This document shows, piece after piece, positions 48,328 through 58,909 of a stretch of 64,000 nucleotides of DNA. A program made the position numbers and the translations under genes. This DNA comes from Candidatus Collierbacteria bacterium (GTDB taxonomy: Bacteria > Patescibacteriota > Microgenomatia > UBA1400 > MFAQ01): positions 9,164-73,163 of the forward strand of contig CAISER010000041.1 of the NCBI GenBank assembly GCA_903884375.1, in the 5' to 3' direction. Numbering within the stretch: position 1 is the stretch's first letter; each line of letters opens with the position of its first letter. Below the pieces are notes generated by a model. It saw nothing but the letters and a program-made list of their open reading frames with translations. It was not told the DNA's origin and searched no databases.

Positions 48328-50088
48328 ATGGATTATCAGGAAACTGCCCTACTGGATTATCTTCTTTCGTCGGGAAAATTAACGGAAGAGTTAGTGGAGA
48401 GTCTAAAGATTGAAGCTGCAACTTTAGGAAAAAGTTTGACTGAGTTGCTATTGGAAAAAAGATTGGTGGACCAAAGGGGCTTGGCTGAAGCAAAAGCAAA
48501 AGTGTTAGGCATTCCTTTTTTTGCTGAAAGTAAAATATCGGCAGATCCGGAACTTTTAAGTTTGATTTCTGTTGATTTGGCTCGAACATATCAAGTTGTC
48601 CCTTATACTCTCGACAAACAGGGCAAAATATTAAGTTTGATAATGGTAAAGCCAGAAGAACTGTCGACGGTGGATTTTTTTCAAAAAAGAACTGGGTATG
48701 CAATTAAATCGCTATTGACATCGAAAGAGAATCTTGACAACTTGATAGCCAATGTTTATAGCCAAAGCTTATCCGGAGAAATATCCGGGGTATTAAAAAG
48801 AGGAAAAGAAGGGCCTGAAGACGAGGGCGTCCGTCTGGTAACAGCAGATACAATTTCACAAATTATTAAAGAACCAAAAATTGTTGAGATTGTTCGTAAA
48901 ATATTGGAACATGCAATACGCTTACGTGCTTCGGATATTCATATTGAACCAATGGAAAATATTACTCGGGTGCGTTATCGTATTGATGGTATTTTGGAAG
49001 AAAAACTAACACTTGATAAAGATTATCACGCGTCTTTGATTTCCCGTATCAAAATTTTGTCAGGAATGAAGATTGATGAAAAACGTGTTCCACAAGATGG
49101 CCGTTTTAATTTTCAATCTGAATGGGGTGAGGTTGATTTACGTATTTCTTCCCTACCAACTGTTAATGGAGAAAAAATTGTAATGCGTCTTCTTAAAAAA
49201 ACAGATAAAGTGCCAACACTGTCCGAGCTTGGACTTCGTGGAAAGGCGCTTACAACATTGGAAGAAGCGATTCGTATCCCTCACGGCATTATTTTGGCTA
49301 CAGGACCGACCGGTTCAGGAAAAACTACGACTCTTTATTCAATTTTAACCATGGTTAATTCACCAAAGGTAAATATTGTGGCTTTGGAAGATCCAGTTGA
49401 GTACCAAATCGGCGGAGTAAATCAAGTTCAAATTAATCCTCAAGCTGGTTTGACTTTCGCTTCCGGTTTACGTTCTTTTCTTAGACAAGATCCAAATATC
49501 ATTATGGTTGGTGAAATTCGTGATGAAGAAACAGCTCAATTGGCAGTTCAAGCTTCGCTTACCGGCCATCTTGTGTTTTCAACAGTACATACCAATTCCG
49601 CTGCCGGTGCTCTCCCCCGTTTGCTAGATATGGGTGCAGAACCATTTTTACTATCTTCATCAATGACAGCCGTGATTGGGCAGCGTGTTTTGCGTACAGT
49701 GTGCGATAAGTGTAAAACAGCATATGTACCAGAAACAAACGTTATCGATGATATTAAAGAGGTGTTGGGTAAATTGCTTGATGGGTGGATTAAATCAAAT
49801 CCAATAAAAGCTGCAGAAGCACAAAAAAACAATACTCCTTTTATGTTATATAAAGGATCCGGATGTGATAAATGTGGCGGGTCAGGATATTATGGAAGAA
49901 TCGGTATTTATGAAGTACTTAGAGTTACAGACAAAATAGCTAAGCTTATTATGGAAAGAGCTGACGCAACAACAGTAGAAACAGCTTCAAAAGACGACGG
50001 AATGATTATTATGAAACAAGACGGATATCTAAAAGTGTTAGACGGAGTAACCTCTTTGGAAGAAGTTATTAGAGTAGCACAGGTGTAA
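48328..50088 (+). CDS. pilB: type IV pilus assembly ATPase PilB (GspE family)
   Basis: N-terminal GSPII_E N-domain. Walker A ATGPTGSGKTTTLYS. Asp/His boxes. Tetracysteine CDKC...C.KCGGSGYYGRIGIYEVL. Confidence 0.9.
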   Translation: MDYQETALLDYLLSSGKLTEELVESLKIEAATLGKSLTELLLEKRLVDQRGLAEAKAKVLGIPFFAESKISADPELLSLISVDLARTYQVVPYTLDKQGKILSLIMVKPEELSTVDFFQKRTGYAIKSLLTSKENLDNLIANVYSQSLSGEISGVLKRGKEGPEDEGVRLVTADTISQIIKEPKIVEIVRKILEHAIRLRASDIHIEPMENITRVRYRIDGILEEKLTLDKDYHASLISRIKILSGMKIDEKRVPQDGRFNFQSEWGEVDLRISSLPTVNGEKIVMRLLKKTDKVPTLSELGLRGKALTTLEEAIRIPHGIILATGPTGSGKTTTLYSILTMVNSPKVNIVALEDPVEYQIGGVNQVQINPQAGLTFASGLRSFLRQDPNIIMVGEIRDEETAQLAVQASLTGHLVFSTVHTNSAAGALPRLLDMGAEPFLLSSSMTAVIGQRVLRTVCDKCKTAYVPETNVIDDIKEVLGKLLDGWIKSNPIKAAEAQKNNTPFMLYKGSGCDKCGGSGYYGRIGIYEVLRVTDKIAKLIMERADATTVETASKDDGMIIMKQDGYLKVLDGVTSLEEVIRVAQV

Positions 50089-51161
50089 TGGAAAAAAACG
50101 AAAATATAATTCAAAGTCTATTAATGTTGGCGGCAGAAAAAAACGCTTCGGACCTGCATTTGATGGCTGATTCATATCCGATTTATAGAATAATGGGTAA
50201 ATTAGTTTTTTATGAACCAGCGGGGTTAATGAATCCAACAGCTTTGTTGGGTTATATCGGTGGTTTGATGAATCCCACACAAAGAGAGAGTTTTATGCGA
50301 GATATGGAACTGGATTTTTCGGTTACTGTGGGTGGTAAATATCGTTTTAGAGCCAATGCCTATTACCAAAAGGGTTCGGCAGCTATTTCTTTGCGTTTTA
50401 TCCCCGATAAAATTCCAGGAATTGATGCTTTGAGGTTACCCGGTATCTGTCATGCATTTGCCAAATTAAAACAAGGGTTTGTGGTGGTGACCGGACCGAC
50501 CGGTTCAGGAAAATCAACAACAGTCGCGTCGGTATTGGATGAAATAAATGAGTCGAGAACAGAACACATTGTTTCAATTGAGGATCCGGTGGAGTTTATT
50601 CATGTAAACAAAAAATCGATTATTTCTCAGCGAGAGTTGGGAAGTGATACTCGCAGTTGGGATGCCGCCTTAAAGTCTGTATTACGTCAAGATCCGAATG
50701 TAGTGTATATCGGGGAGATGAGAGATGCAGAAACAATGTCTGCCGCAATGACTGTTGCCGAAACTGGTCACTTGGTTTTTGCAACACTACATACCAACTC
50801 AGCATCACAGACAATTGAGCGCATTGTTGACAGCTTCCCCGAAGACCAACAACCTCAGATTGTTTTACAGTTGTCAATGGTTTTGGAAGCAGTTTTATCA
50901 CAACGTTTAGTTCCAACTACGGATGGAAAACTGACAATAGCAACGGAAATATTAATCGCAACACCGGCTGTAAGAAATAATATTCGAGAAGGTAAATCAT
51001 TCCAGATTGATAACGTTATTCAAACAAGTGGCAATTTGGGTATGAGCTTGTTAGAGCAAAATTTGGCAGATTTGGTAAACAAAAAAGTGGTGGATAGAGC
51101 TGTCGCTTTAGAGTACGCAATTCGACCATCAGTATTAGACAAAATGATTGGTGGAAGATAA
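50088..51161 (+). CDS. pilT: twitching motility ATPase PilT
   Basis: VVTGPTGSGKSTT Walker A and IEDPVEF. 357 aa without the N-terminal or Zn domains of PilB. Confidence 0.9.
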   Translation: MEKNENIIQSLLMLAAEKNASDLHLMADSYPIYRIMGKLVFYEPAGLMNPTALLGYIGGLMNPTQRESFMRDMELDFSVTVGGKYRFRANAYYQKGSAAISLRFIPDKIPGIDALRLPGICHAFAKLKQGFVVVTGPTGSGKSTTVASVLDEINESRTEHIVSIEDPVEFIHVNKKSIISQRELGSDTRSWDAALKSVLRQDPNVVYIGEMRDAETMSAAMTVAETGHLVFATLHTNSASQTIERIVDSFPEDQQPQIVLQLSMVLEAVLSQRLVPTTDGKLTIATEILIATPAVRNNIREGKSFQIDNVIQTSGNLGMSLLEQNLADLVNKKVVDRAVALEYAIRPSVLDKMIGGR

Positions 51162-51164
51162 ATT

Positions 51165-52367
51165 ATGAAGTCGTTTAATTATAAAGTCCGTGACCAAAAA
51201 GGAATTGCTTCAAGTGGAGTAATGGAAGCAAATGACGAAAAACAAGTAGCCACAATTTTACGAAGTAAGGGAATGATTATTACTTCACTAAGTGAAACGG
51301 ATCAGCTAAATATTGATTCGTTTATTGGCAAATTTTCAAAACCAAAGCAAGATGAAATCACTAATTTCACCCGTCAGCTATCGACCATGGTTGGGGCTGG
51401 ACTACCCTTAATAAATGCTTTGAGAATATTAAAAATGCAATCAGGACAGTCTTTAAAATTAGTAATCGAAAAAGTATTGTCTGAGGTTGAAGGTGGTAGT
51501 ACCTTGGCAGAGGCCTTGGAAATTTCCGGTGGTGGTTTTTCTTCGGTGTATTTAGCAATGGTACGGGCTGGTGAATCTGCGGGGGTCTTGGATCAAGTCT
51601 TAAAAAAACTTGCTGATGCCTTGGACAAACAAAGAGAGTTTAAGAGTAAAACAAAAGGGGCTATGGTTTATCCGATGATTATTATTGTCGGTATTGTGGT
51701 GATTGCCACCATAATGATGGTATTTGTAGTACCGAAATTGACGGCGATGTATAAAGATTTTGGTGCAGAATTACCTCTACCTACAAAAATTTTGATGGGT
51801 GTTTCTAATTTTGTAGCTAAGTTTTGGTTTGTTGTGGCAGCGTTAATAGGATTGTTGTCGGTGTTAATCGGCAACTGGGCAAGGACCGAGGTCGGTTCTC
51901 TAGTGGTTGAACAGTTGTCGTTTAAAATACCTATTTGGGGAAAATTACGAAAAGATTTGATTATTACCGAGTTTTCGAGAACGGTGAGTGTGTTGTTGGG
52001 AGCCGGTATTCCAATTTTAGATACACTGCAAATTGTTTCGGAAACGATTGGAAGTAATGTTTATGGTGCAGAAATTCGTCAGGTGGCAACAATGGTAGAA
52101 AAAGGTGTTAGTTTGGCTGAGGCAATCCAACAGTTTGAAATATTTCCACCGATTTTAGGGCAGATGATTTCTGTAGGAGAAGAAACAGGAAAGTTGGATG
52201 AAGTATTGGCAAAATTGGCAACTTTTTATGAAGGTGAAAGCGAAATTAAGATAAAAGCATTAACCACAGCAATAGAACCATTGATTATGGTAGTTATGGG
52301 AATAGGAGTTGGATTTTTGGTGATAGCCGTAATTATGCCTATATATAACTTGACAAGCCAGTTTTAA
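51165..52367 (+). CDS. pilC: type IV pilus platform protein PilC (GspF family)
   Basis: Two GspF repeats, each followed by TM helices. 400 aa. Confidence 0.85.
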   Translation: MKSFNYKVRDQKGIASSGVMEANDEKQVATILRSKGMIITSLSETDQLNIDSFIGKFSKPKQDEITNFTRQLSTMVGAGLPLINALRILKMQSGQSLKLVIEKVLSEVEGGSTLAEALEISGGGFSSVYLAMVRAGESAGVLDQVLKKLADALDKQREFKSKTKGAMVYPMIIIVGIVVIATIMMVFVVPKLTAMYKDFGAELPLPTKILMGVSNFVAKFWFVVAALIGLLSVLIGNWARTEVGSLVVEQLSFKIPIWGKLRKDLIITEFSRTVSVLLGAGIPILDTLQIVSETIGSNVYGAEIRQVATMVEKGVSLAEAIQQFEIFPPILGQMISVGEETGKLDEVLAKLATFYEGESEIKIKALTTAIEPLIMVVMGIGVGFLVIAVIMPIYNLTSQF

Positions 52368-52415
52368 TCATTCATAGTGATAGCAGTTGGGGTTATTATA
52401 AAAAAAATAATTAAA

Positions 52416-53000
52416 ATGAATAGACCAAATAAAGGTTTCACGCTGATGGAACTTTTGATTGTCATCGGTGTGTTGGGTATTTTGGCTGCCGGACTTTTGG
52501 CTGCTATTGACCCATTTGAGCAATTAAAGAAAGCCCGAGATACCAATAACAGAAGTGCTGCAATAGAATTTTTGCAGTCATCGCAACGTTATTATGCTAA
52601 TCATGGTTACTTGCCCTGGTACAAACAAACAGTTTCCGGAACGTATGACTGCGATACAGCATCAGACACTCTTACGACAATAACAACTTCAAGTCCCTGG
52701 CCAACGATATTGGTTAACAAACCTGGTTCTACTGGTCATGATGAGGTTATGAAAACTTGTGTCGATAATACATTATTATTGGATGGTGAAATAAAAGGTA
52801 CTTTTTTTGACGGTCTGTCGACAACTTTATACGTGACTTCTGGAAGTACAACGAGAGTTGGGGTTTGTTTCCCCCCTGAAAGTAAATCAAATAGATCTGA
52901 CGCACAAACAGCTTCAAATATCGCAACAGCTGGTGTTGTAACCGATGGGTGTACAACTGTTCAACGAGATGCCGGATTGTGTGTACAGTGTTTTCAATAA
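52416..53000 (+). CDS. type IV pilin (probable major pilin)
   Basis: Class III signal MNRPNKG|FTLMELLIVIGVLGILAAG with Glu5. C-terminal Cys pair (DGCTT...CVQC). Confidence 0.8.
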   Translation: MNRPNKGFTLMELLIVIGVLGILAAGLLAAIDPFEQLKKARDTNNRSAAIEFLQSSQRYYANHGYLPWYKQTVSGTYDCDTASDTLTTITTSSPWPTILVNKPGSTGHDEVMKTCVDNTLLLDGEIKGTFFDGLSTTLYVTSGSTTRVGVCFPPESKSNRSDAQTASNIATAGVVTDGCTTVQRDAGLCVQCFQ

Positions 53001-53066
53001 GGCCTTGATATTAGGAAAAAGAGGGGTGTACCCCCCTCTTTTTTTTGGCTCTTTGGAAAATAAAAG

Positions 53067-53900
53067 TTGATGTATCATTATCCTATGCTTTTGGTGATTA
53101 CATTTATTTTTGTCATGGGCTTAGTTTGGGGTTCATTTTTAAATGTGGTTATTTTTCGTATGTCACGTGGTTCTTCTCCCCTATCGGGTCGGTCAATTTG
53201 CCCAAAATGCAAACATCAACTAGCTTGGTTTTATAATATTCCTCTTTTGTCCTATATATGGCTTCGCGGAAGATGTGCATATTGTCACAAAAAGATATCA
53301 ATCCGTTATCCGTTGATAGAGGCATTGACGGGTATACTTTTTGTTTGGTGGTTTTTGGTTGGCTTTAATTTTTTTAGATTAGTCGGCTCTCCTTGGAGTT
53401 TTATTCAACCGATTTTTTGGTTGGCTGTGGGTATGGTATTACTTTCAATTTTTATGACGGATTTGCTTTATATGGTAATTCCTTTTAGTCTAAATTTATT
53501 GCTTTTTTCTTTAGCTTTATTTTATCGAGTTAGTTTAACCGGTTTTGGAATTATGAATCCGATGGATTTATTTAATGCTTTGTTTTCCGGCCTGGCTCTT
53601 TGTGCTTTATTTCTTTTTTTACAGATATTAACAAGAATTATTAAAAAAATTGACGGTTTTGGTTGGGGTGATATTTATCTAGCACCATCACTTGGACTAT
53701 TATTGGGTTGGCCAAAAATACTACCGGGAGTGTTTCTTTCCTTTGTTTTTGGAGCAGTGGCAGGAATTTTATTAATAGTAATTGGTAAGAAAAAAATTGG
53801 TCAATATATTCCATTTGGTCCTTTTTTAATTCTAGGCACTGTTGTGGCTTTAGTTTGGGGAGGAGATATCTGGAATTGGTATATAGGTTTTCTGGTTTGA
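53067..53900 (+). CDS. pilD: prepilin peptidase (A24 family)
   Basis: Zn-binding CPKCKH...CAYCHKKIS, the polytopic TM architecture of A24 peptidases, and catalytic Asp-containing loops. Confidence 0.85.
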   Translation: MMYHYPMLLVITFIFVMGLVWGSFLNVVIFRMSRGSSPLSGRSICPKCKHQLAWFYNIPLLSYIWLRGRCAYCHKKISIRYPLIEALTGILFVWWFLVGFNFFRLVGSPWSFIQPIFWLAVGMVLLSIFMTDLLYMVIPFSLNLLLFSLALFYRVSLTGFGIMNPMDLFNALFSGLALCALFLFLQILTRIIKKIDGFGWGDIYLAPSLGLLLGWPKILPGVFLSFVFGAVAGILLIVIGKKKIGQYIPFGPFLILGTVVALVWGGDIWNWYIGFLV

Positions 53901-53931
53901 CATTTATCTTTATTTCTAGCACAATGAAATT

Positions 53932-54465
53932 GTGAGAAGACACAATTCTGGATTTACTTTGGTTGAATTGATTTTAACTATGTCATTAATTGCAATTTTG
54001 TCGATTATCGGTATTGGTAGTTATACTCAGGCGACACTAAAATCACGTGATACCCAGAGAAAAAACGATTTAAATCAAATGGCTAAGGCAATTGAGTTGT
54101 TTAATAATGATTTGGGAAGATATCCTAATATTGATGACATTAGTGGAAAGATGCTTTGTCCGGGAGTCGATGGAATAGAAACCGAATGCAACTACTCTAT
54201 TTACGCATATAATAACCAAGAAGTGACCGCAAAAGCGGTATATATGGATAATATCCCCGTTGACCCAAGTTCAAATAGAGATTATGTTTATGTGGCAAAC
54301 GACCCAAGCGTCGGTAGTTTTGCCCTGTATGCGGCATTGGAAAATACAGAAGACAGAGATGTAGTAAGAGATGCAGATCAAACCGTGACTACTTGGGATG
54401 TATTGTGTGGCGAAGTTAAATGTAATTATAAATTGACCGAAACCGGATTAATAAGAACAAAATAA
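53932..54465 (+). CDS. prepilin-type (minor pilin/pseudopilin-like) protein
   Basis: MRRHNSG|FTLVELILTMSLIAILS class III signal. Confidence 0.7.
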   Translation: MRRHNSGFTLVELILTMSLIAILSIIGIGSYTQATLKSRDTQRKNDLNQMAKAIELFNNDLGRYPNIDDISGKMLCPGVDGIETECNYSIYAYNNQEVTAKAVYMDNIPVDPSSNRDYVYVANDPSVGSFALYAALENTEDRDVVRDADQTVTTWDVLCGEVKCNYKLTETGLIRTK

Positions 54466-54467
54466 TT

Positions 54468-54905
54468 ATGAAACAAAAAGGTTTTACTCTCATTGAACTA
54501 TTAGTTTCTATGGGAATTATCGCAGTACTTTCAGGAATGGCAGTATTTAATTTTAATCAAGCTAGAATGAGAGCCAGGGACGTGCAAAGAAAAAGCGATT
54601 TGAGTCAGTTGCAGAAAGCCTTAGAGCTTTACAAAAATGATAATGTCGGGAAGTATCCTGAAGTAGCAGATTTTCAGGCAACATTAATTAGTGGCGAGTA
54701 CTCAAAAATTGTGTTTAATGACCCAAAAGAATCAACGGGAGCAACCTGGCCAAGCTATGTGTATACCAGACCTACAAATACCACATATTCAATTACCGCT
54801 TGTTTGGAAAATAAATCGGATACTACCAGGCAACTTGTTGACGGTATTTCAGTTCCTTGTGGTTCATCAAACGAGGGAGTAATTTATCAAATTACACAAC
54901 CATAA
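54468..54905 (+). CDS. prepilin-type protein
   Basis: MKQKG|FTLIELLVSMGIIAVLSG class III signal. C-terminal Cys pair. Confidence 0.7.
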   Translation: MKQKGFTLIELLVSMGIIAVLSGMAVFNFNQARMRARDVQRKSDLSQLQKALELYKNDNVGKYPEVADFQATLISGEYSKIVFNDPKESTGATWPSYVYTRPTNTTYSITACLENKSDTTRQLVDGISVPCGSSNEGVIYQITQP

Positions 54906-55310
54906 ATGAAAAAGAACAATGATGGCTTCACTTTACTTGAACTTTTGGTGGTAATTGGCATAATCGGTATTCTGGTGGCTCTTGGAACAGTGGCCTACTC
55001 TACTACTCAAAAAAGCGGCAGAGACTCCAGAAGAAAACAGGACATGGTAGCAATACAAAGTGCTATGGAACAATATTATTCCGAAAATACTTTTTCTTAT
55101 CCAATTTCGTGTAGAGATGCTTCTTCTTATTTAAAAAGTGGTTGGCCTGTAGATCCGGATAATTCTGGGTTATATATTTACAGTGAAAGTTGCACAGAAA
55201 CTTCTTATTGTATTTGTGCTCTAATGGAAAAGAATACTTCCGGTAATTCCGGTACAAACTGTACCTGGAATGGTGGAAAGACTCATTATTGTGTAGGGAA
55301 TTTACAATGA
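54906..55310 (+). CDS. prepilin-type protein
   Basis: MKKNNDG|FTLLELLVVIGIIGILVA class III signal. Several Cys. Confidence 0.7.
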   Translation: MKKNNDGFTLLELLVVIGIIGILVALGTVAYSTTQKSGRDSRRKQDMVAIQSAMEQYYSENTFSYPISCRDASSYLKSGWPVDPDNSGLYIYSESCTETSYCICALMEKNTSGNSGTNCTWNGGKTHYCVGNLQ

Positions 55311-55678
55311 AAAATAACGCCTTTACTTTATTGGAGTTGTTGGTGGTGATTGGAATTATCGGTGTTGTGATGGCTGTTGGTGTTGTTTCATATACAACAA
55401 TCAGTAAAAATAGCCGAAATGCCAGAAGAAATGCCGATTTAGAAGCTATCCGTCAAGCATTGGAGATGTGTAGATCGGTTGATGGCGAATATCCCGTTAG
55501 TATATATGAGACAGTTACTTGTCCAAATTCAACTAGCGTAATAACATTAAAATCAACACCAAAAGATCCAAAACCTTGTGTATCTGGCGAACGATACAAT
55601 TATGTTGTTAATGGAAACGGATATGAGTTGACGGCAAATTGCTATGAGGGGGGTGCTCTCACAGTAACAAATCCATGA
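55307..55678 (+). CDS. prepilin-type protein
   Basis: MKNNA|FTLLELLVVIGIIGVVMA. The start is at the internal Met of the track ORF (55289). Confidence 0.7.
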   Translation: MKNNAFTLLELLVVIGIIGVVMAVGVVSYTTISKNSRNARRNADLEAIRQALEMCRSVDGEYPVSIYETVTCPNSTSVITLKSTPKDPKPCVSGERYNYVVNGNGYELTANCYEGGALTVTNP

Positions 55679-56163
55679 TAGACATGAATAACAAAGCCTT
55701 TACCTTGATAGAATTGATTGTAGCAATTTCGATTATTGCTATATTGTCGGGAATGTCGTTGGTTAGTTATACCCAGTTTAATATACGTCAATCTGCACAA
55801 AATGATGGTCGGGGGTTTGAAACTGAATTACGTAAAGTACAAGCAATGGCTAAAAATTTAGTATATCCAGAAAATAATGGAACAAGATGTGAAAGTTTAT
55901 CAAAATATATTATTAAATCTGATGAAAGTGGAATTTCTTGTAATGAATGCCAGTTTATATCCGCAAGTGCAATCTGTGGTAATGGAGAATTTGTTGTGTT
56001 AAGCCATGACAAAGTATTTACAAAAGCTTTTTTTTCGGGCGATCTAAACATTGATATTGAACCGGGAACGGGTATTTTCACAGTAAATTATGTTTTTCCG
56101 ATAAATAATATTAATGATATGGTTTTAAAAACTGATGAAAATGGAAATATTAATGTCCAATAA
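55675..56163 (+). CDS. prepilin-type protein
   Basis: MNNKA|FTLIELIVAISIIAILSG. Confidence 0.65.
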   Translation: MIDMNNKAFTLIELIVAISIIAILSGMSLVSYTQFNIRQSAQNDGRGFETELRKVQAMAKNLVYPENNGTRCESLSKYIIKSDESGISCNECQFISASAICGNGEFVVLSHDKVFTKAFFSGDLNIDIEPGTGIFTVNYVFPINNINDMVLKTDENGNINVQ

Positions 56164-56174
56164 ATTTATTAATA

Positions 56175-56582
56175 ATGATAAATAGTAACAAAGGACAATC
56201 ATTAATTGAAATAGTGGTGGCTGTCGGTATTATTGCCCTTGTTTTAGTGGGAGTTTCTGATTTGATTACGAGGTCACTAAGTTTGGCTAGTTATCAAACT
56301 AAAAAAAATCAGGCAATTAATATTGCTCAAGATCAGCTTAATCATTTCCGAAAATTTAAAGATCAAGAACCACTAATTTTTTTTGAAAAGCCAAGCGATT
56401 ATAATGTTTGTGAACCAGGTTTCGATACAACAAAATACACCTGCGCCATTACTTATAGCAATGAAGTATATGAGGGTGGTGTTATCGTGGGAATTGATAT
56501 GAAGGTTAGTGTTGGTTGGATTGATGGAAACAATAATATTATGACGGAGTTATCACAAACACTGGCAAAACCAAGAAAATGA
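56175..56582 (+). CDS. prepilin-type protein (PilW/minor-pilin-like)
   Basis: MINSNKGQ|SLIEIVVAVGIIALVLVG. Glu5 is retained but Phe1 is replaced by Ser. Confidence 0.55.
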   Translation: MINSNKGQSLIEIVVAVGIIALVLVGVSDLITRSLSLASYQTKKNQAINIAQDQLNHFRKFKDQEPLIFFEKPSDYNVCEPGFDTTKYTCAITYSNEVYEGGVIVGIDMKVSVGWIDGNNNIMTELSQTLAKPRK

Positions 56583-57100
56583 AAATTAGGCAAAAAGGTT
56601 ATACCTTAATTGAACTAATAATGGCCGTGTCGTTGCTAATAATAGTTATGGTTGGTGGAACGGCAATATTTTATCGGAGTTTCCGATCAAGTGGTGTTAG
56701 TGATATCCAGTCAACATTAAGCTCAGGATTGCGTTCGATTGACGAAATGATTGAGTGGAGTTTGCGTTATGGAGAAGTTGTACGAATTGATGATAATTGG
56801 AGAACAAATTGTTTAGCCAGTGGTGATGAAGGAGTGACAGGTAATACTTTGGTTGTGCGGAATTCTACAGGTGGTAATGTAACTTATTCTCTTAATAATG
56901 GAAGAATAGCTTCAGATTCGGCGGTAATCAGCAACGCAAACCTGATGATAAACAAGTTAGAATTTAGTTGGTTTTGTAGATCCGGAGTAAATGATAAGAT
57001 TAATCTATACATTGAAGCCTCACCATTAACTGAATCTGGAGAAGTAACAAAAAGTATTTTTAACAAAGATATTAATTTATTAAATAGCGGTATTAATTAA
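56579..57100 (+). CDS. prepilin-type protein
   Basis: MKIRQKG|YTLIELIMAVSLLIIVMVGG. Confidence 0.65.
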   Translation: MKIRQKGYTLIELIMAVSLLIIVMVGGTAIFYRSFRSSGVSDIQSTLSSGLRSIDEMIEWSLRYGEVVRIDDNWRTNCLASGDEGVTGNTLVVRNSTGGNVTYSLNNGRIASDSAVISNANLMINKLEFSWFCRSGVNDKINLYIEASPLTESGEVTKSIFNKDINLLNSGIN

Positions 57101-57852
57101 TGAATAAAATTAATAATAGAGAAGATAAGGGGCAAGTAGCTTTGATACTGGTATTGATAACTACTGTCGTAAGTGCGTTGGCAGTATCTTTAGCCTCTCG
57201 TTCAACTGTGGACACAAAAATTCAACAAACGGAGGCTGAAGGAGTTCAAGCTTTGCTTTTTGCTCAGTCAGGTCTGGAACAATTAATATTAAATCCTAAC
57301 GAATCAGCAGTCCAAGATACTAATTACTCAGCGACAAAATCCGATTCTGGAATTGATAGTCTGGAAACCGGATTAATGGAAACAGGTAGTTCTGTTGAGT
57401 TGACTCTAGGCACGGTAAATTCTTTATCGAGTTTTTCTGTCTATTGGGGACCGGATGACGGCAATCCTTCCGGTAAACCGGCAATTTTCATTTCTTTGAT
57501 TGAAAAAACTGGGAAAATTTCCGACAAGGCATTTGATTATGATAATTTAAATAATTTTACGGCCGGGAAAGTGGTGAGTGGTGTTTATCCTCGATGGACG
57601 GACACAATAGGACTTAATAGTAATGTGTCAAAGATTAGGATTACTGTATTGGGATCATCGGCATTGTTAAAAGTTATTCCAGCTGAAGGGGAGGCTTTTC
57701 CTTCTCAGTTAAAGTCGATAAAATCAATCGGGTCAGTTTCATCAGATAATAATATTGTGAAATACGGACTACAATATGACGAATCAGCCTTTGATACGGT
57801 TCCTTCGGTGTTTGATTACGCTTTGTTTTCTGGAGGCCAAATCGTACAATAA
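57100..57852 (+). CDS. PilX-like minor pilin / pilus-associated protein
   Basis: N-terminus GQVALILVLITTVVSALAVSLAS, a PilX N-terminus-like hydrophobic segment without the Gly-Phe cleavage motif. Confidence 0.5.
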   Translation: MNKINNREDKGQVALILVLITTVVSALAVSLASRSTVDTKIQQTEAEGVQALLFAQSGLEQLILNPNESAVQDTNYSATKSDSGIDSLETGLMETGSSVELTLGTVNSLSSFSVYWGPDDGNPSGKPAIFISLIEKTGKISDKAFDYDNLNNFTAGKVVSGVYPRWTDTIGLNSNVSKIRITVLGSSALLKVIPAEGEAFPSQLKSIKSIGSVSSDNNIVKYGLQYDESAFDTVPSVFDYALFSGGQIVQ

Positions 57853-57868
57853 TTAATTGATTTGAATC

Positions 57869-58909
57869 TTGTATTTAAGGTATACTGAGTGTAGTATGTC
57901 TGCCCATTTTGGATTAGATATTGGTTCAACTAGTGTCAAAATTGTAAAAACCGAAGGGAACAAGGTTTTGGTAATAGGTGTTGGTGTAAATAGTTCAGGA
58001 AAAACATTAATGGCTATGAATAACGCCGAAAAAATAGCTCTTGCTGATGAAATTAAAGGGTTGATAAAGAGTGTTGGTCTTCGAGAAAAACAAGTTGTTG
58101 CCTCAATTTCCGAATCACTTGTATATTCTCGGGTTATGCAACTACCAATTATGTCTACTCCCGAACTAGCAACGGCTATTAAATGGGAATTAGACCAATC
58201 AGTCCCCTTTCCTCCGAATGAGGTTGAGACTTCGTGGGCAGTTTTGGATAAACCGGATAAAATTAAAGGTGATGAAAAAATTTCGGTATATGTTGTAGCA
58301 GTACCAACTGCTGTATCTGATGCATACGCTCAGTTATTGGAGTTGTTGGAGTTAACGCCTTTAAGATTGGAAAACGAAATTCCTGCTTTAATGAGAGCAT
58401 TTTCCGATAACTTAAGCGATGATAATCCTTCGATTTTGGTTAATATTGGAGCTGGTGGCACGGAATTAATTTTGGCAGGAAAAGAAAAAATATACGGAAA
58501 TTATTTTTTACCCTTTGGAGGAACAGTGATGACAAAGCTTGTTGCAGATGCATTTGGCTTACCAATTATTCAAGCCGAAAGTTATAAAAGAACCTATGGT
58601 ATGGTTAAAGACCAGCTCGAAGGTAAAATGTTTAATGTATTAAAGCCGATGGTGGATAATTTAATTGGTGAATTAAAAAAATTAATTGTTGGCTATCAAA
58701 ATGAGCACGATAAATCAACGGTAAACAAAATTATTTTAACCGGTGGAGGTGCTTATCTATTAGGGTTAATTCCTTATCTTTCCGAATCTCTTTCTGGAGT
58801 TGAGATTGTTATGGGTGATTGCTTTTCAGGAAAAAGCGTCGATCAAAAATATGCTTCTCTTGGCCCTGTTTTTGCTACGGCCATGGGATTATCAACCGAG
58901 ATTCAATGA
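57869..58909 (+). CDS. pilM: type IV pilus assembly protein PilM (actin-like ATPase)
   Basis: FGLDIGSTSVKIV phosphate-1 motif. A second actin-fold motif LVNIGAGGTELIL. An ATGA overlap with the next gene. The probable real start is the internal Met near 57897. Confidence 0.8.
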   Translation: MYLRYTECSMSAHFGLDIGSTSVKIVKTEGNKVLVIGVGVNSSGKTLMAMNNAEKIALADEIKGLIKSVGLREKQVVASISESLVYSRVMQLPIMSTPELATAIKWELDQSVPFPPNEVETSWAVLDKPDKIKGDEKISVYVVAVPTAVSDAYAQLLELLELTPLRLENEIPALMRAFSDNLSDDNPSILVNIGAGGTELILAGKEKIYGNYFLPFGGTVMTKLVADAFGLPIIQAESYKRTYGMVKDQLEGKMFNVLKPMVDNLIGELKKLIVGYQNEHDKSTVNKIILTGGGAYLLGLIPYLSESLSGVEIVMGDCFSGKSVDQKYASLGPVFATAMGLSTEIQ